A stretch of 64,000 nucleotides of DNA from a virus (taxonomy: Duplodnaviria > Caudoviricetes). Of the stretch, positions 42,994 through 53,061 are shown piece after piece. The number at the start of each line of letters is the position of its first letter. Within the stretch, counting starts at the first letter, position 1. The notes under the pieces are model-generated. The model was not told where the DNA came from. It was given only the letters and a program-made list of their open reading frames with translations, and searched no databases. The translations under genes were made by a program, and so were the position numbers. Where the stretch lies: positions 1 through 64,000 of the IMG/VR virus record IMGVR_UViG_3300050334_000106. One strand, 5' to 3'.

Positions 42994-44734
42994 ATGACAC
43001 TCCCCCTTTCAATTTCTCAACAATCTTGTTCATATGCTCCGTAGCCTTCTGCTGAGCCAGCATTTTATCTTGCTCAGTTTCGGCCTTGTCCCCCATAATT
43101 CCAATGAACTGGGAAACCTTAAGACCAAGGAATTCCTGAATTGTTTCATCTGTGCCTTCCTCGGCAACCAGATAATAGCTAAGTATTGAATCCATTGTTT
43201 CATCAACGCCTATTCTCTGTATCCTATCTTCGGCTTGACTGTGAATTGCAGGTGACCAATCTAGTTCACCAAAGGCGCAGCATGTTGCACTCTGCAACCC
43301 ATCAATGCCTGCAGCAGCCCGGAGAGAAATGCAACAAATATTTGTCTCCCTATTTTTAAAAGCCTGCACAGATGCATCTTTTTGATTTACAGTTTCTTTG
43401 CCAGTTATGAATACAGGATGAAATTCCTTTAGTTCTTCTTTGTAGATGTCCCAGACCGCATGGTGATAAGCGAACAGCAAGACTCTTTCCCCTGCTTCAA
43501 GGAGCATTTTAACGAATGTTGCAACATATGGAGCCTTTGCAATACCTATAGCCTGCCTGGTTTCATTCACTATATCTCGGGACATCCTGCCTCGTTCAAA
43601 GTGGTCTCTGATGCTGTCAATAATCATCGCTTTACTGACCGCAGACTGAATTAAATTGCTATAAGTGCCTGTATCAAAATCAATCGTCTGTACGACCCGG
43701 CGTTTTGGTGGGAGCTCTTTGAGCACGTCCAGCTTTCGACGTCTGAGCATAAGGCCTTCACGTCTCAGGTAATCACCCAGTAAATCTGGATTCTTGACCA
43801 CATCAGAACCGTAACCAAAACACCATTCACGAGTAAATGAATCCCAGTCTCCCAAGCAGTGATACTCTATTATATTCATTACACTCCAAATCTCACCGCC
43901 ACGGTTGTAAATTGGCGTCCCAGAAAGTCCAATTACATTCTCACACCTGGAAGCTACCAGGGATGCTGCGCTGTATTTCTCTGTGCCGGTATGCCGCAAC
44001 TCCTGGATTTCATCCAATATGATGGCCTTGAATTTCATTTCAGGAAGGATGTTTTTCCATCCTCTTAATAGAAGATAGTGAATGATATATATGCTGGCCT
44101 CTGGTAACCTGTACGGCCTCAGGCCCTTAATGATGTGCACGGAATCTTTTTCATTTTCCTCAAATAAGGAAACCTCTTTTCGGGGAAGCTTTAGAAACTT
44201 GTTTATCTCTTTCTGCCAGTTGCGAATTAAGTGAGGAGGCACAATTAATAGGGCTGGGTAACTTTCAGTTGTAGCCAAGAAGGAAAGTGCCTGTGGGCTT
44301 TTGCCTAAACCCATTTCGTCAGCCAAAAGAGTCCGCCTATTGTAGAGCATGAAAGTATGTCCTTCTTCCTGAAATCCACGAAGTTCCCCTGTAAAATCCA
44401 TGGATGGTTTTATCTTTTGTGGTGATGCGTTAAGCTCGTTTCTTTTTAGTACATGTTCCACTGCCTGTTTGTAGGAATTATCCCATTTATCAGAATCTTC
44501 TATATTTAAGGGATACCTCTGCATAAGCCAATTCAGGTCACCATTAAATCTCTTTGTGTTATTAAACTTCACGACTCCCGAACCTCGCACCGCACTCCCG
44601 GGGAAAAGTCTCTTTGCTATATCAATTACGCAAGGTTCACCATGGATTTCCCATGCATCACTTACAGAGTCATAAACAAGGGTTCCATAATAATAGTCAG
44701 CAGTTTCTACTTTATTTAAATATGCCGGTATCAT
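42989..44734 (-). CDS. SNF2-family helicase
   Basis: LLADEMGLGKS, IILDEIQ, LSGTP and QAEDRIQRIG. Confidence 0.95.
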   Translation of the reverse strand: MIPAYLNKVETADYYYGTLVYDSVSDAWEIHGEPCVIDIAKRLFPGSAVRGSGVVKFNNTKRFNGDLNWLMQRYPLNIEDSDKWDNSYKQAVEHVLKRNELNASPQKIKPSMDFTGELRGFQEEGHTFMLYNRRTLLADEMGLGKSPQALSFLATTESYPALLIVPPHLIRNWQKEINKFLKLPRKEVSLFEENEKDSVHIIKGLRPYRLPEASIYIIHYLLLRGWKNILPEMKFKAIILDEIQELRHTGTEKYSAASLVASRCENVIGLSGTPIYNRGGEIWSVMNIIEYHCLGDWDSFTREWCFGYGSDVVKNPDLLGDYLRREGLMLRRRKLDVLKELPPKRRVVQTIDFDTGTYSNLIQSAVSKAMIIDSIRDHFERGRMSRDIVNETRQAIGIAKAPYVATFVKMLLEAGERVLLFAYHHAVWDIYKEELKEFHPVFITGKETVNQKDASVQAFKNRETNICCISLRAAAGIDGLQSATCCAFGELDWSPAIHSQAEDRIQRIGVDETMDSILSYYLVAEEGTDETIQEFLGLKVSQFIGIMGDKAETEQDKMLAQQKATEHMNKIVEKLKGGVSY

Positions 44735-45093
44735 AGTGCAATCCCCCACAGTTTGTTCAATCCCAGGGAAACACAGGGCTTCCCGTTTATCTCCCTGGGG
44801 ACATCCATATTCTTTTCTATTACAAGAATAATTCCTTTAACCCGGTCAAACTCTGCATATCGTTGTAGTTGCCCTATTGCCTGAGCCTTATTGGGCTTTC
44901 CTTTCTTCACTTCAATAGCAATTCCGTTCCTGAATGTAAGGAAGTCAACCCGATTTCGTGGCCCTAGCTTGCATTCCCTCTCGTAGTGTATTTCAGCATC
45001 AATAAGCAACTTTTCAATTTCTGCTTGAAGATCGTATTCCTCGTTAACAGGATTAATCCGTAACGTTTTGAGAACATCTATTATTTGTTGCAT
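44731..45093 (-). CDS. PD-(D/E)XK nuclease-like protein
   Basis: RVDFL...IAIEVKKG...QLQRYA. Confidence 0.7.
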   Translation of the reverse strand: MQQIIDVLKTLRINPVNEEYDLQAEIEKLLIDAEIHYERECKLGPRNRVDFLTFRNGIAIEVKKGKPNKAQAIGQLQRYAEFDRVKGIILVIEKNMDVPREINGKPCVSLGLNKLWGIAL

Positions 45094-45580
45094 CTTGATC
45101 TCCCCTTTCCAATTCCCCGAGCCACTTATTCAAATCATTCTTCAGCACCAGATTATCTGTTGATTCCATATATGCTCTTAACGCGGCTCTGGCGGCCGGG
45201 TCTTTATCAGGCCTTAATACAAAACATCCTTCTACCGGCTCATTATTTCTTGCTTTAAACACCCGGTATTTTACTTCAAGGCCAGTATAATCACTCTCAT
45301 ATAGAGTTGGGAGAGTTACGGGTCTTTTCAAAAACCCTTTAAAAGTCCTATTTCTTATTGCATATACAAGCCAATCGGCTATTATCAATGCAGCAATGAA
45401 ACCAATTTCAAATACTATAAATCCAACCGGAATAACAATAAATGCCCACCATTTAAACACGGCTATTGCAACAACCATATCTGTAATAATAAGCAATAGT
45501 CCCACGGCTCCAATGCCTATTAAAAATAAAATCTTAATAATTTTTTCAAGCATTTTTCTCATCTCCTTTGCTGGCTTCAA
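45053..45580 (-). CDS. Membrane protein with a C-terminal soluble domain
   Basis: Two long hydrophobic segments; FVLRPDKDPAARAALRAY. Confidence 0.6.
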   Translation of the reverse strand: MKPAKEMRKMLEKIIKILFLIGIGAVGLLLIITDMVVAIAVFKWWAFIVIPVGFIVFEIGFIAALIIADWLVYAIRNRTFKGFLKRPVTLPTLYESDYTGLEVKYRVFKARNNEPVEGCFVLRPDKDPAARAALRAYMESTDNLVLKNDLNKWLGELERGDQDATNNRCSQNVTD

Positions 45581-45857
45581 ACGAAACTTTACTAATTGCT
45601 TTTAAAGTCCCGCTCATTTCGGATAACTTCAACTGTAACCCGTCATTTTCAAAGAGAATTTCCCTGACGCAATCTGAGAGTTCAGAACTGTCCTTCCCAT
45701 GATTGTGAAGGTAGAATCTACAGAGTTCGATTTCCTGCCGCTGAACCTCAATGGTATCAATTAAATCGCGAATATCGCCTGGGCAACATATTTTGTTATA
45801 AAACCCTGTCTTTAATGCGTGTTTAATGACTTCCAAACTATTTTTATTAATTATCAT
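45546..45857 (-). CDS. Hypothetical protein
   Basis: In-operon ORF with RBS. Confidence 0.6.
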   Translation of the reverse strand: MIINKNSLEVIKHALKTGFYNKICCPGDIRDLIDTIEVQRQEIELCRFYLHNHGKDSSELSDCVREILFENDGLQLKLSEMSGTLKAISKVSFEASKGDEKNA

Positions 45858-45873
45858 ATTTAATTCAACCTCC

Positions 45874-46344
45874 CTATATCGCCCATTTAACTGGTTTCAA
45901 ATCTGCCTTAAGATATAGTGGATGCTTGGGGTGACCATCTTTTGTCAAACCGAGATACTGTAATTTATCTTCAAATATACGAATTATTTTTTTATCCCGA
46001 TTATGCAGATTCCCATGCGTTCCCCAAGCTGCGATAACAATATCTGAATTATTCACAGTGTCGAAAATATATTGATTATTTAAAGGCCCGATTGGGTCTG
46101 ATACAATCTTTAATTCCGTAGGGTTCGTAGCTCGGTAAGCAAACAGATTTACAACCTTTATCCCACCGTAACCCCAGCCCCTGGCATAATTCATGCAGCG
46201 GCGTATTGTTGGATCATCCTCATCCGCATCTGCTGTGGAAGGATTTAGCATTATAAACACCACCAGAGGTTTTGATTCATCCCATATCCGCCAGAGCTGA
46301 TACCGGTACTTGCCTGTTTCATCTATGATTGCACCTTTAATCAT
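45874..46344 (-). CDS. DUF1643-family protein
   Basis: YRYQLWRIW, FIMLNPSTAD, DPTIRRC, NLFAYRAT and HPKHPLY. Confidence 0.9.
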   Translation of the reverse strand: MIKGAIIDETGKYRYQLWRIWDESKPLVVFIMLNPSTADADEDDPTIRRCMNYARGWGYGGIKVVNLFAYRATNPTELKIVSDPIGPLNNQYIFDTVNNSDIVIAAWGTHGNLHNRDKKIIRIFEDKLQYLGLTKDGHPKHPLYLKADLKPVKWAI

Positions 46345-47155
46345 TCATCTTCAACCTCCTCATACATTCAGGCCATTCTTGGATTGGATAGCGCTCATAA
46401 AGTGGACTTTTTACAAATACCGGGACATTCACCTTCTTGCATTGGTCGATTATAGATTGCACATCTTCATCATTTGGGGGCTTATTTGGATTGGTCTGCT
46501 GGCCGATGATAACTAAATCAGCATATGCCAGCGTGCTTAAATCTTTCGGTGTTTCAAGCAAAGGCTCTATTGAAACAAAATAATGACTTCTGTGCGGTCT
46601 AGGTGTATTTATACAGGCAAAGGGGTCGCCTTCTTTCGTCACCGTGCTTCCAAACCAGAAATTCGGTTTATCCGGTACTCCTTTGCCGCCGTTCAGTTCA
46701 CCATATCTCTTCGGGTTCTTCGTAAGAAATAAATATGTGTGCCATGGAGCTCTTTCACAAGCCTCAAAAACTTCCTGAATCCATGAATCTGGCACCCATT
46801 CCCCGAACAAGTCTCCCATGTATACAACACCGATAATGCTTGGTCGCTTGATTTTCTGAGGCTCATCGAGGCGATAGCGATGAAAAGTGGGAGTGAAGCC
46901 GAAGGGATAAGGCGCCTTTATTCTGTTGCCGTGTTGCGGTATATACCTGGTCAATGGCGCATTAACCACATATAATCCTCCATCTGTTCGCTCCCAACTT
47001 CCGTCATCTAGGCGGTCAATATCTGCGCCCCCAAATCTATGCGCTATCTTCTTCGCATAACAATATTGATCTTTACACGAATGCATACAACCTGTGACGG
47101 GATTCCACGTATAATCCAGGTACTCTATCTTTTCTTTGTCTTGTTTATTCATCAA
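46337..47155 (-). CDS. DUF5131 (phage Gp37/Gp68) family protein
   Basis: TWNPVTGCMHSCKDQYCYA, MGDLFG, LFLTKNP and FVSIEPL. Confidence 0.9.
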   Translation of the reverse strand: MMNKQDKEKIEYLDYTWNPVTGCMHSCKDQYCYAKKIAHRFGGADIDRLDDGSWERTDGGLYVVNAPLTRYIPQHGNRIKAPYPFGFTPTFHRYRLDEPQKIKRPSIIGVVYMGDLFGEWVPDSWIQEVFEACERAPWHTYLFLTKNPKRYGELNGGKGVPDKPNFWFGSTVTKEGDPFACINTPRPHRSHYFVSIEPLLETPKDLSTLAYADLVIIGQQTNPNKPPNDEDVQSIIDQCKKVNVPVFVKSPLYERYPIQEWPECMRRLKMND

Positions 47156-47426
47156 TGTTTTCCCCGTCTTTCTTTAACAAAAATCTCTTTTCAACTACTG
47201 CATAGATACTCTTTACCACGCATTTCCGTGGCATTTGATAATCTGGAAGGACAGCACCGGATGAATAGTCTATTACATAATCAACCCCATTGTACAATTC
47301 AACACCTTCCAAAGCCTCTTGAATTTGCACAAGATTAGGTTCTTGCAGAAATTCAATCTCGTCTCTAAGTGAAGGCTCTCCGCTGAATCTCTGAACATAA
47401 CACTTAACAACATATTTAATCTCCAT
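47145..47426 (-). CDS. Hypothetical protein
   Basis: In-operon ORF with AGGAG RBS. Confidence 0.6.
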   Translation of the reverse strand: MEIKYVVKCYVQRFSGEPSLRDEIEFLQEPNLVQIQEALEGVELYNGVDYVIDYSSGAVLPDYQMPRKCVVKSIYAVVEKRFLLKKDGENIDE

Positions 47427-47429
47427 AAA

Positions 47430-48050
47430 TCACTCCTCCGCTCCTAACACATAAACCTCCAGCATCTTCACGCCAAACACCCGGCAGGCGTTCCCATCAG
47501 CCATATACACATCAATGCAATTCCGCTTAATAGCGCCACCCCGGTCCTTGACCACAAAAATCCCTTTATTCGGTGCATCTCGGAAGTATGGTATGTAAAC
47601 TCTTGTCCCGAATTTCAACTCCGGTCCGGCGGCAACAGTGTACCATTCCTCGACCGATTCACCGCTGGCCGTAATCCCATACAACGGATGATTTGGCAGC
47701 TTCCCACATGATTCCACGGATAGATCATAGGCCGTTACCCTCATTCTTCGCACATCTGCGCTACCCCGTGATATTTTGTTGTCAAGCTCATTACGATTGG
47801 TTTCGACTTTGGATGATAAAACATCTATTTGCTCTGTGATCTTGGCGATATCTGATGATATGGATGGCAGTACTTCAACTTGTTGCTGCAAGACTTCTAT
47901 TTGCTCATTTATAACATTTATATTTTCCTGATTTTCAAGTGCCAAGCTATTGTACTTGGCCAACAAAACCAGCATCAGTGCAAGTACACTCAAGATTGCT
48001 ATATCTTTTAATTTCAATCTCCTTACTCCTCCCTCCAGAACGCTTCCCAC
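47430..48050 (-). CDS. Membrane-anchored 3D-domain protein (cell-wall glycosidase-like); start probably TTG 48017
   Basis: N-terminal TM, coiled coil; VTAYD, GITASG, FGTRVYI and DRGGAIK..IDVY. Confidence 0.85.
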   Translation of the reverse strand: MGSVLEGGVRRLKLKDIAILSVLALMLVLLAKYNSLALENQENINVINEQIEVLQQQVEVLPSISSDIAKITEQIDVLSSKVETNRNELDNKISRGSADVRRMRVTAYDLSVESCGKLPNHPLYGITASGESVEEWYTVAAGPELKFGTRVYIPYFRDAPNKGIFVVKDRGGAIKRNCIDVYMADGNACRVFGVKMLEVYVLGAEE

Positions 48051-48168
48051 TCTTCTGGTGTCGGCTCCGGGATCTCTTCTTCAACCGGATAATATTTCTC
48101 CAACAACGAAACCGGTGGCGGGTGGCCATAGTGGTTTGTGTAAAACTCAATATATTGCTGTCTATTCA

Positions 48169-49203
48169 TCAAGTCCAACTCCCTTCAAGGCCTAGTTGAT
48201 TATTGTTCTGAGCTTTTATCCAAGGTTCATATTCCTCAAAACTACACTTGGTATAAATCCTTCCATTTATCCAACGAGCGAAATGATGATGCTTTTCTGA
48301 TATATAAGTCTTGTTGTAAGGCATCACATACGGGTTAATGTTCATTTCTCTGAGCCTACGGAAGCGATACATATCCTCCTCAAAAGAAGTATTGTAACAA
48401 GTTAGCATAAAACACATCTGTTTCCAACTCTTAACATACTGCTTGAAAAGTTTAATGCCATCTAATATCTGATTCTCAAACAACATCAGGTCCCAAGCAT
48501 AGTGTATGCTGCGTAAATGGCTTACTTCTGATAACGCCTGAGCTATTTCCGGGGTCAACAGTCTGACATCAATACCCTGTGTAATGTCTACAACCAGCTT
48601 TCTGTCCCGGATCTCGTGTAACTTTTCGATGCAGTCAGGGTCTGCCGTCAAATTGTTATCATATAATATCAGGACATTTGACCTCGGATTGAGGAGGTCA
48701 TTTATCTCGGCCACATGATGGAACTCGCCTTCTTTCTGCCTGACTCCACAGAATCCACATTCTTTCCTGATACAACCCCTGCTACTAAATCCCATCCCGG
48801 CATTCACAATCTCAGCAGCCTTATGCTCTTTGCTCCTTTTTGTGGCAATACCACCCCTGATTCGGGGCAGTATATCTGAAGCTTTGTATAAATCGTAGTC
48901 AGGCTTACAGGCTTCAATTTCAGGCGGCAATTCAGTATGTGTAACCTCAACAAATCTTCCCTTTTCATTAACTATGAAATCCCATCCAGTCCCGCCAATT
49001 TTAATTTCTGCTCTAGGATATAATTGCATTATCTTCTCGGCCTTTGACCGGCTCCAAGTAAACAAGACAGATATATATACTTTATCTGGCCTATCACAGG
49101 TGTTCAGATATACGGTGTCACCCAGCGCCTTATGCCAAGTTGAAAGTTTCATCAAGGCCAAATTGGGAAGTTTCCCGTCTATATCAATCAATAATACATT
49201 CAA
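48169..49203 (-). CDS. Radical-SAM-like Fe-S protein
   Basis: PNLALMKLS; SRGCIRKECGFC; LYDNNL; likely TTG start 49203. Confidence 0.8.
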   Translation of the reverse strand: MNVLLIDIDGKLPNLALMKLSTWHKALGDTVYLNTCDRPDKVYISVLFTWSRSKAEKIMQLYPRAEIKIGGTGWDFIVNEKGRFVEVTHTELPPEIEACKPDYDLYKASDILPRIRGGIATKRSKEHKAAEIVNAGMGFSSRGCIRKECGFCGVRQKEGEFHHVAEINDLLNPRSNVLILYDNNLTADPDCIEKLHEIRDRKLVVDITQGIDVRLLTPEIAQALSEVSHLRSIHYAWDLMLFENQILDGIKLFKQYVKSWKQMCFMLTCYNTSFEEDMYRFRRLREMNINPYVMPYNKTYISEKHHHFARWINGRIYTKCSFEEYEPWIKAQNNNQLGLEGSWT

Positions 49204-49314
49204 AATATCACCATCCCTATAATAATGGCTGAAACCCAATGAAAAACAAGAAACATCACCGTTGAGCCTGTTATACCCCAAAATCGCTTATCGGCTTTTT
49301 GCATAATTCTGATG

Positions 49315-49662
49315 CTATTCAGCATAAGGAATATCATTATCGAAATCCAGATCATTTGTGCTGTACTGTTCACCTCTAGCGGCTCCTTTCATGATATTTA
49401 TACAGAAATCATAAGGCGCCACTGCGTACTTAACTTCTTTTTCAATATCATACTCGTGCGTATTTAATCTTACGTTTTGAGCGACTTTGTTTTTTGTTCC
49501 CTCAATTTGCTTTATAACCTCGTCAATATCAAAAGTAGTAGGCTGGTTATCGACTATTGCCATTACTGCATCAAAGAAAATTATCTCATGCAACTGTTTG
49601 CAGTCAGACTTTGCTGTCTCAAGTGATTTTATTAATACTCCCCTACTTATCAAGTCTCTCAT
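49315..49662 (-). CDS. Hypothetical protein
   Basis: MRDLISRGVLI; in operon. Confidence 0.65.
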   Translation of the reverse strand: MRDLISRGVLIKSLETAKSDCKQLHEIIFFDAVMAIVDNQPTTFDIDEVIKQIEGTKNKVAQNVRLNTHEYDIEKEVKYAVAPYDFCINIMKGAARGEQYSTNDLDFDNDIPYAE

Positions 49663-50567
49663 CCCAATACCTCCATTTCATCACCAAAGAAATCAAATAA
49701 CGACGGTACTTCAGCTGAATTTTCAATTGCTTTTAGAAAATCCACCGATTTATTAAACCAGCTTTCTTTAAGTTCAATCCCTATACCTTTTCTTTTCATG
49801 TCCACAGCTTTATAGGGAACGCTTGCAATTCCTGCAAATGGATCAAGTACCGTATCGCCCTCATTGCTCCACAGTTCAATGCAATTCTGGATTGTATCTA
49901 ACTGAAGCGGTACGATATGCCTTTCATCCTTTTCATCCCTTGCTATCTTGGCATTAAGCGTATTTGATTGATCGATGTCCATCCAAACAGGCTCGGCTAC
50001 CTTTTGCCATTTATCAACTGGATAACTTTCATTTGTGTGAATAATTGGATTTGCATTCACTCCTGGCTTTCTAAGAGTAACTATATAGTCAGGCAGTCCC
50101 ATTCTGGACATAGCAGAATCCTTTTTTAATTGCTTATGCAGCAGGCCTAATGCGTTTGTCCTAACCATTTCAACAACCGGGGATTTACGGATTGTAACTC
50201 TACTGTGATAGATAAAACCTACTCGTTGAAACATTCTTATAAGCAGTCCCGGGAAGTCTTTTAATCCTATTTCTCCGTCTCTTTCTTTCATCAATGGTAC
50301 GTCCGTGCAATGAAGTGAGATATTTCTGCCTGGCATTGTTACTCTGTATAATTCTTTTGCTAAAAATCTCATATGCCTGATAAATTGCAGGTCGCTCTTG
50401 GAATTGCCCATATCTCTATCACTATTCGAATATGTGTAAAGCGATAAGAATGGCGTTGAAGTCAATGTATATCCTATTGAATTGGCTGGAATGCCTTTGA
50501 TAACCTCAACATTATCCCCGTTATACAAAACCCAATTACTGCCATGCGCTTGATTTAGCACTTTCAA
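49659..50567 (-). CDS. Amino (N4-C/N6-A) DNA methyltransferase, beta class
   Basis: TSTPF at motif IV; HIVPLQ; VLDPFAGIAS; GIELK. Confidence 0.85.
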   Translation of the reverse strand: MKVLNQAHGSNWVLYNGDNVEVIKGIPANSIGYTLTSTPFLSLYTYSNSDRDMGNSKSDLQFIRHMRFLAKELYRVTMPGRNISLHCTDVPLMKERDGEIGLKDFPGLLIRMFQRVGFIYHSRVTIRKSPVVEMVRTNALGLLHKQLKKDSAMSRMGLPDYIVTLRKPGVNANPIIHTNESYPVDKWQKVAEPVWMDIDQSNTLNAKIARDEKDERHIVPLQLDTIQNCIELWSNEGDTVLDPFAGIASVPYKAVDMKRKGIGIELKESWFNKSVDFLKAIENSAEVPSLFDFFGDEMEVLG

Positions 50568-51946
50568 TTCGCCACCCCCAACCAATCCGGCAATATCATT
50601 TCAACCTGCGGATTGTAGTCTATTGTTTCCCTAACCGTTCCATGTACTTCTGCTGTCAGTATCTCTTGCGTATGTTTGACCATTTCGGATATCATGCGGT
50701 CAGAATCTCTTTCCTTCCGTTCAATATTGGCTTTTACGGCTCCTTCGGCTTCAGATATTACAATGTATACGTTAACTCTTTCCTTTCTCCCAAATCTCCA
50801 GCAGCGGCGCACTGCTTGATAATACTGTTCATAACTATCGGATAACCCCGTGAATATTTCATTTCCGCAACTTTGCCAATTCAAGCCCCATCCAAATATG
50901 GATGGCTTACTGACTATTGCCCTTATATTACCTTTTGCAAAATCAACGGCAGTCTTAATCTTATGTTCCGTGCTGTCGCTTCCCCTGACCTCAACTGCAT
51001 CCGGGATAGCTTTCCTCAATGCTTCCGACTCAGCGTTTAAATCGCACCAAACGATTACCTGTTCTTTTATGCCATTGGCTATTTCGGCCACCTTTTTAAC
51101 TCTCGATTCCAAACTTTCATATCTTGCTTTCCTGCGGTCTTGCAGCGTTTGAGCTGTCTTCACAAACATGCTGTATGGATCTATTGGGCTTTCAACAACA
51201 ATTTCATGCAGATTCAGCGGCGGCAACTCGAATCCCTCATCTGGATATCCTAAGTCTGATGGCTTTTGGAGAACAACCGCCCATGAAGCCACCCACTCCC
51301 AAAATTTATCCTCCGCGTGTCCCTTAAGCCTCCATTTAGCGGTATCTCCGCTGTCGTGCACGAAAAACATTGCCAGCATTTCTGAACGGCTCATTACACC
51401 CAGGAACTCAGCATGATTCCCTATTTCCATGTAATCGTTTGGGGCCGGTGTTGCGGTATACTCAAATTTGTATGGCGTATCCCGGAACATATCAATAATC
51501 ATATTGCGGTATTTTCCATCAAAAGATTTCAATATGCTGGCTTCATCCAGAATCACACACCCGAATTTGTCCGGATTGAAGTGTTGAAGCATTTCATAAT
51601 TTGTAATGTTTATCCCCGGTTTAACATCCGCCTGAGTTCTGCATATATTAGTTTCAATATCGAACTTAATACTCTCTAAAACGGTCTGATGGGATACTGC
51701 AAGGGGTGCCACAAGAAGAACATTTTCTTTAGTATGCTGATAAACTTGTTTCCCGGCTTCAAGCTGCATTGGAGTTTTGCCCAGTCCACAATTTGCCCAC
51801 GTTGCAGATTTACCTTTTTTCAAGTTCCACCGAGTAATATCTCTTTGAAAATCAAATAATTTAGGATTCAGATTCTCCTTTGCAACGTTGAATCCTGAAG
51901 ACAATACAGATATTTTTTTCTCTTCCAGAAATTTTAAGTATTCCAT
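50564..51946 (-). CDS. SF2 helicase-like protein coupled to the methyltransferase
   Basis: GLGKT, ILDEAS, TATP and QAVRRCWRFG. Confidence 0.9.
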   Translation of the reverse strand: MEYLKFLEEKKISVLSSGFNVAKENLNPKLFDFQRDITRWNLKKGKSATWANCGLGKTPMQLEAGKQVYQHTKENVLLVAPLAVSHQTVLESIKFDIETNICRTQADVKPGINITNYEMLQHFNPDKFGCVILDEASILKSFDGKYRNMIIDMFRDTPYKFEYTATPAPNDYMEIGNHAEFLGVMSRSEMLAMFFVHDSGDTAKWRLKGHAEDKFWEWVASWAVVLQKPSDLGYPDEGFELPPLNLHEIVVESPIDPYSMFVKTAQTLQDRRKARYESLESRVKKVAEIANGIKEQVIVWCDLNAESEALRKAIPDAVEVRGSDSTEHKIKTAVDFAKGNIRAIVSKPSIFGWGLNWQSCGNEIFTGLSDSYEQYYQAVRRCWRFGRKERVNVYIVISEAEGAVKANIERKERDSDRMISEMVKHTQEILTAEVHGTVRETIDYNPQVEMILPDWLGVAN

Positions 51947-51957
51947 ATCTCAGCTCC

Positions 51958-53061
51958 CTATTTTGTTCTAACCGGAAGAATCATGTATCTGTAGTTATCG
52001 CATTCAGTTGGCATTATGAAGGCCGGTGCCAGTTCTCCAGAAAATCCTAGAGTAGTATTTTTATCTGATACATGTTTCAGGCAGGTTATAAATCTACGCG
52101 GGTCAAGACCAATTTTGATATCTTCTCCAGCAACATCACAGAATATTTCTTCATCAAATGAGCCTTTTTCACTCTTCATTGTCAATCTTATTGAATCAGC
52201 CTTTGATATTATCTTGAGTGGTTCACTTACGGTTCCCTTTGGGCCAGTATCAAAAACCAACAGTGCTCTTTCCAATGATTGAGTAAGTTCTCTTGTATTA
52301 ACACAAACCTGTGTTTTGAGATCCAAAGGTGCATATCGTTTATAATTCATATATGTACCTTCGACCACTCTTACAGTTACTCTCGTGTTATCAAAAGATA
52401 TTAGTGCCAAACTGTCTGATAGATCTATGTTCAATGTTCCATCACCAGTTATTGACTTTGTAACATTTTCAAGGGACTTGCCACACAGAAGTATGCTGGC
52501 ATTTGAAGAATCAATTTTAAACTTTTGCCAAGCTACCATATACCCGTCAATTGCCACAACATCCGCACATCCGTTTTCAATATTGATTTTTATTCCGGTA
52601 AGTGTTGGTTTTTCTTCGCCTTCATATACCGCGAATGCTACACCATTTATGGCTTCAACAAAGAGCTCCTTGTTAACTTCGAAACTGATTTTGCTTGTTA
52701 TATCCGGGACCTTTGGATACTCAGCTTCTATAACTGCCATTTTCATAACAGCTTTACCAGCTTCCAAGTTCATTTTTTTATCTTTAACAAAAATGTCTAT
52801 CTCCTCGTCAGGCATTTTTCGAACAACATCACAAACCATCTTTGCATTTACTATGGCACTTCCGGAGCTTATTACCTCACACTCTATCGTGTGCTCTATT
52901 GTCGATTCCAAGTTATTTTTTATAAGCTTAAGCTTCCCTTCCTGGGCTTCAAACAATATGCATTCTAGTATTGGCTGTATTACTTTCCCTGCTGTCGGCA
53001 CCGCTTTTATCACCGTATCCAAAGCTTGAACAAGTACGTTTTTATCAATTGCGATCTTCAT
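51958..53061 (-). CDS. dnaN: DNA polymerase III beta sliding clamp homolog
   Basis: ILECILF, YPKVP, LTGI, VAIDG, EGTYMNY and YMILPVR; about 367 aa. Confidence 0.9.
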   Translation of the reverse strand: MKIAIDKNVLVQALDTVIKAVPTAGKVIQPILECILFEAQEGKLKLIKNNLESTIEHTIECEVISSGSAIVNAKMVCDVVRKMPDEEIDIFVKDKKMNLEAGKAVMKMAVIEAEYPKVPDITSKISFEVNKELFVEAINGVAFAVYEGEEKPTLTGIKINIENGCADVVAIDGYMVAWQKFKIDSSNASILLCGKSLENVTKSITGDGTLNIDLSDSLALISFDNTRVTVRVVEGTYMNYKRYAPLDLKTQVCVNTRELTQSLERALLVFDTGPKGTVSEPLKIISKADSIRLTMKSEKGSFDEEIFCDVAGEDIKIGLDPRRFITCLKHVSDKNTTLGFSGELAPAFIMPTECDNYRYMILPVRTK

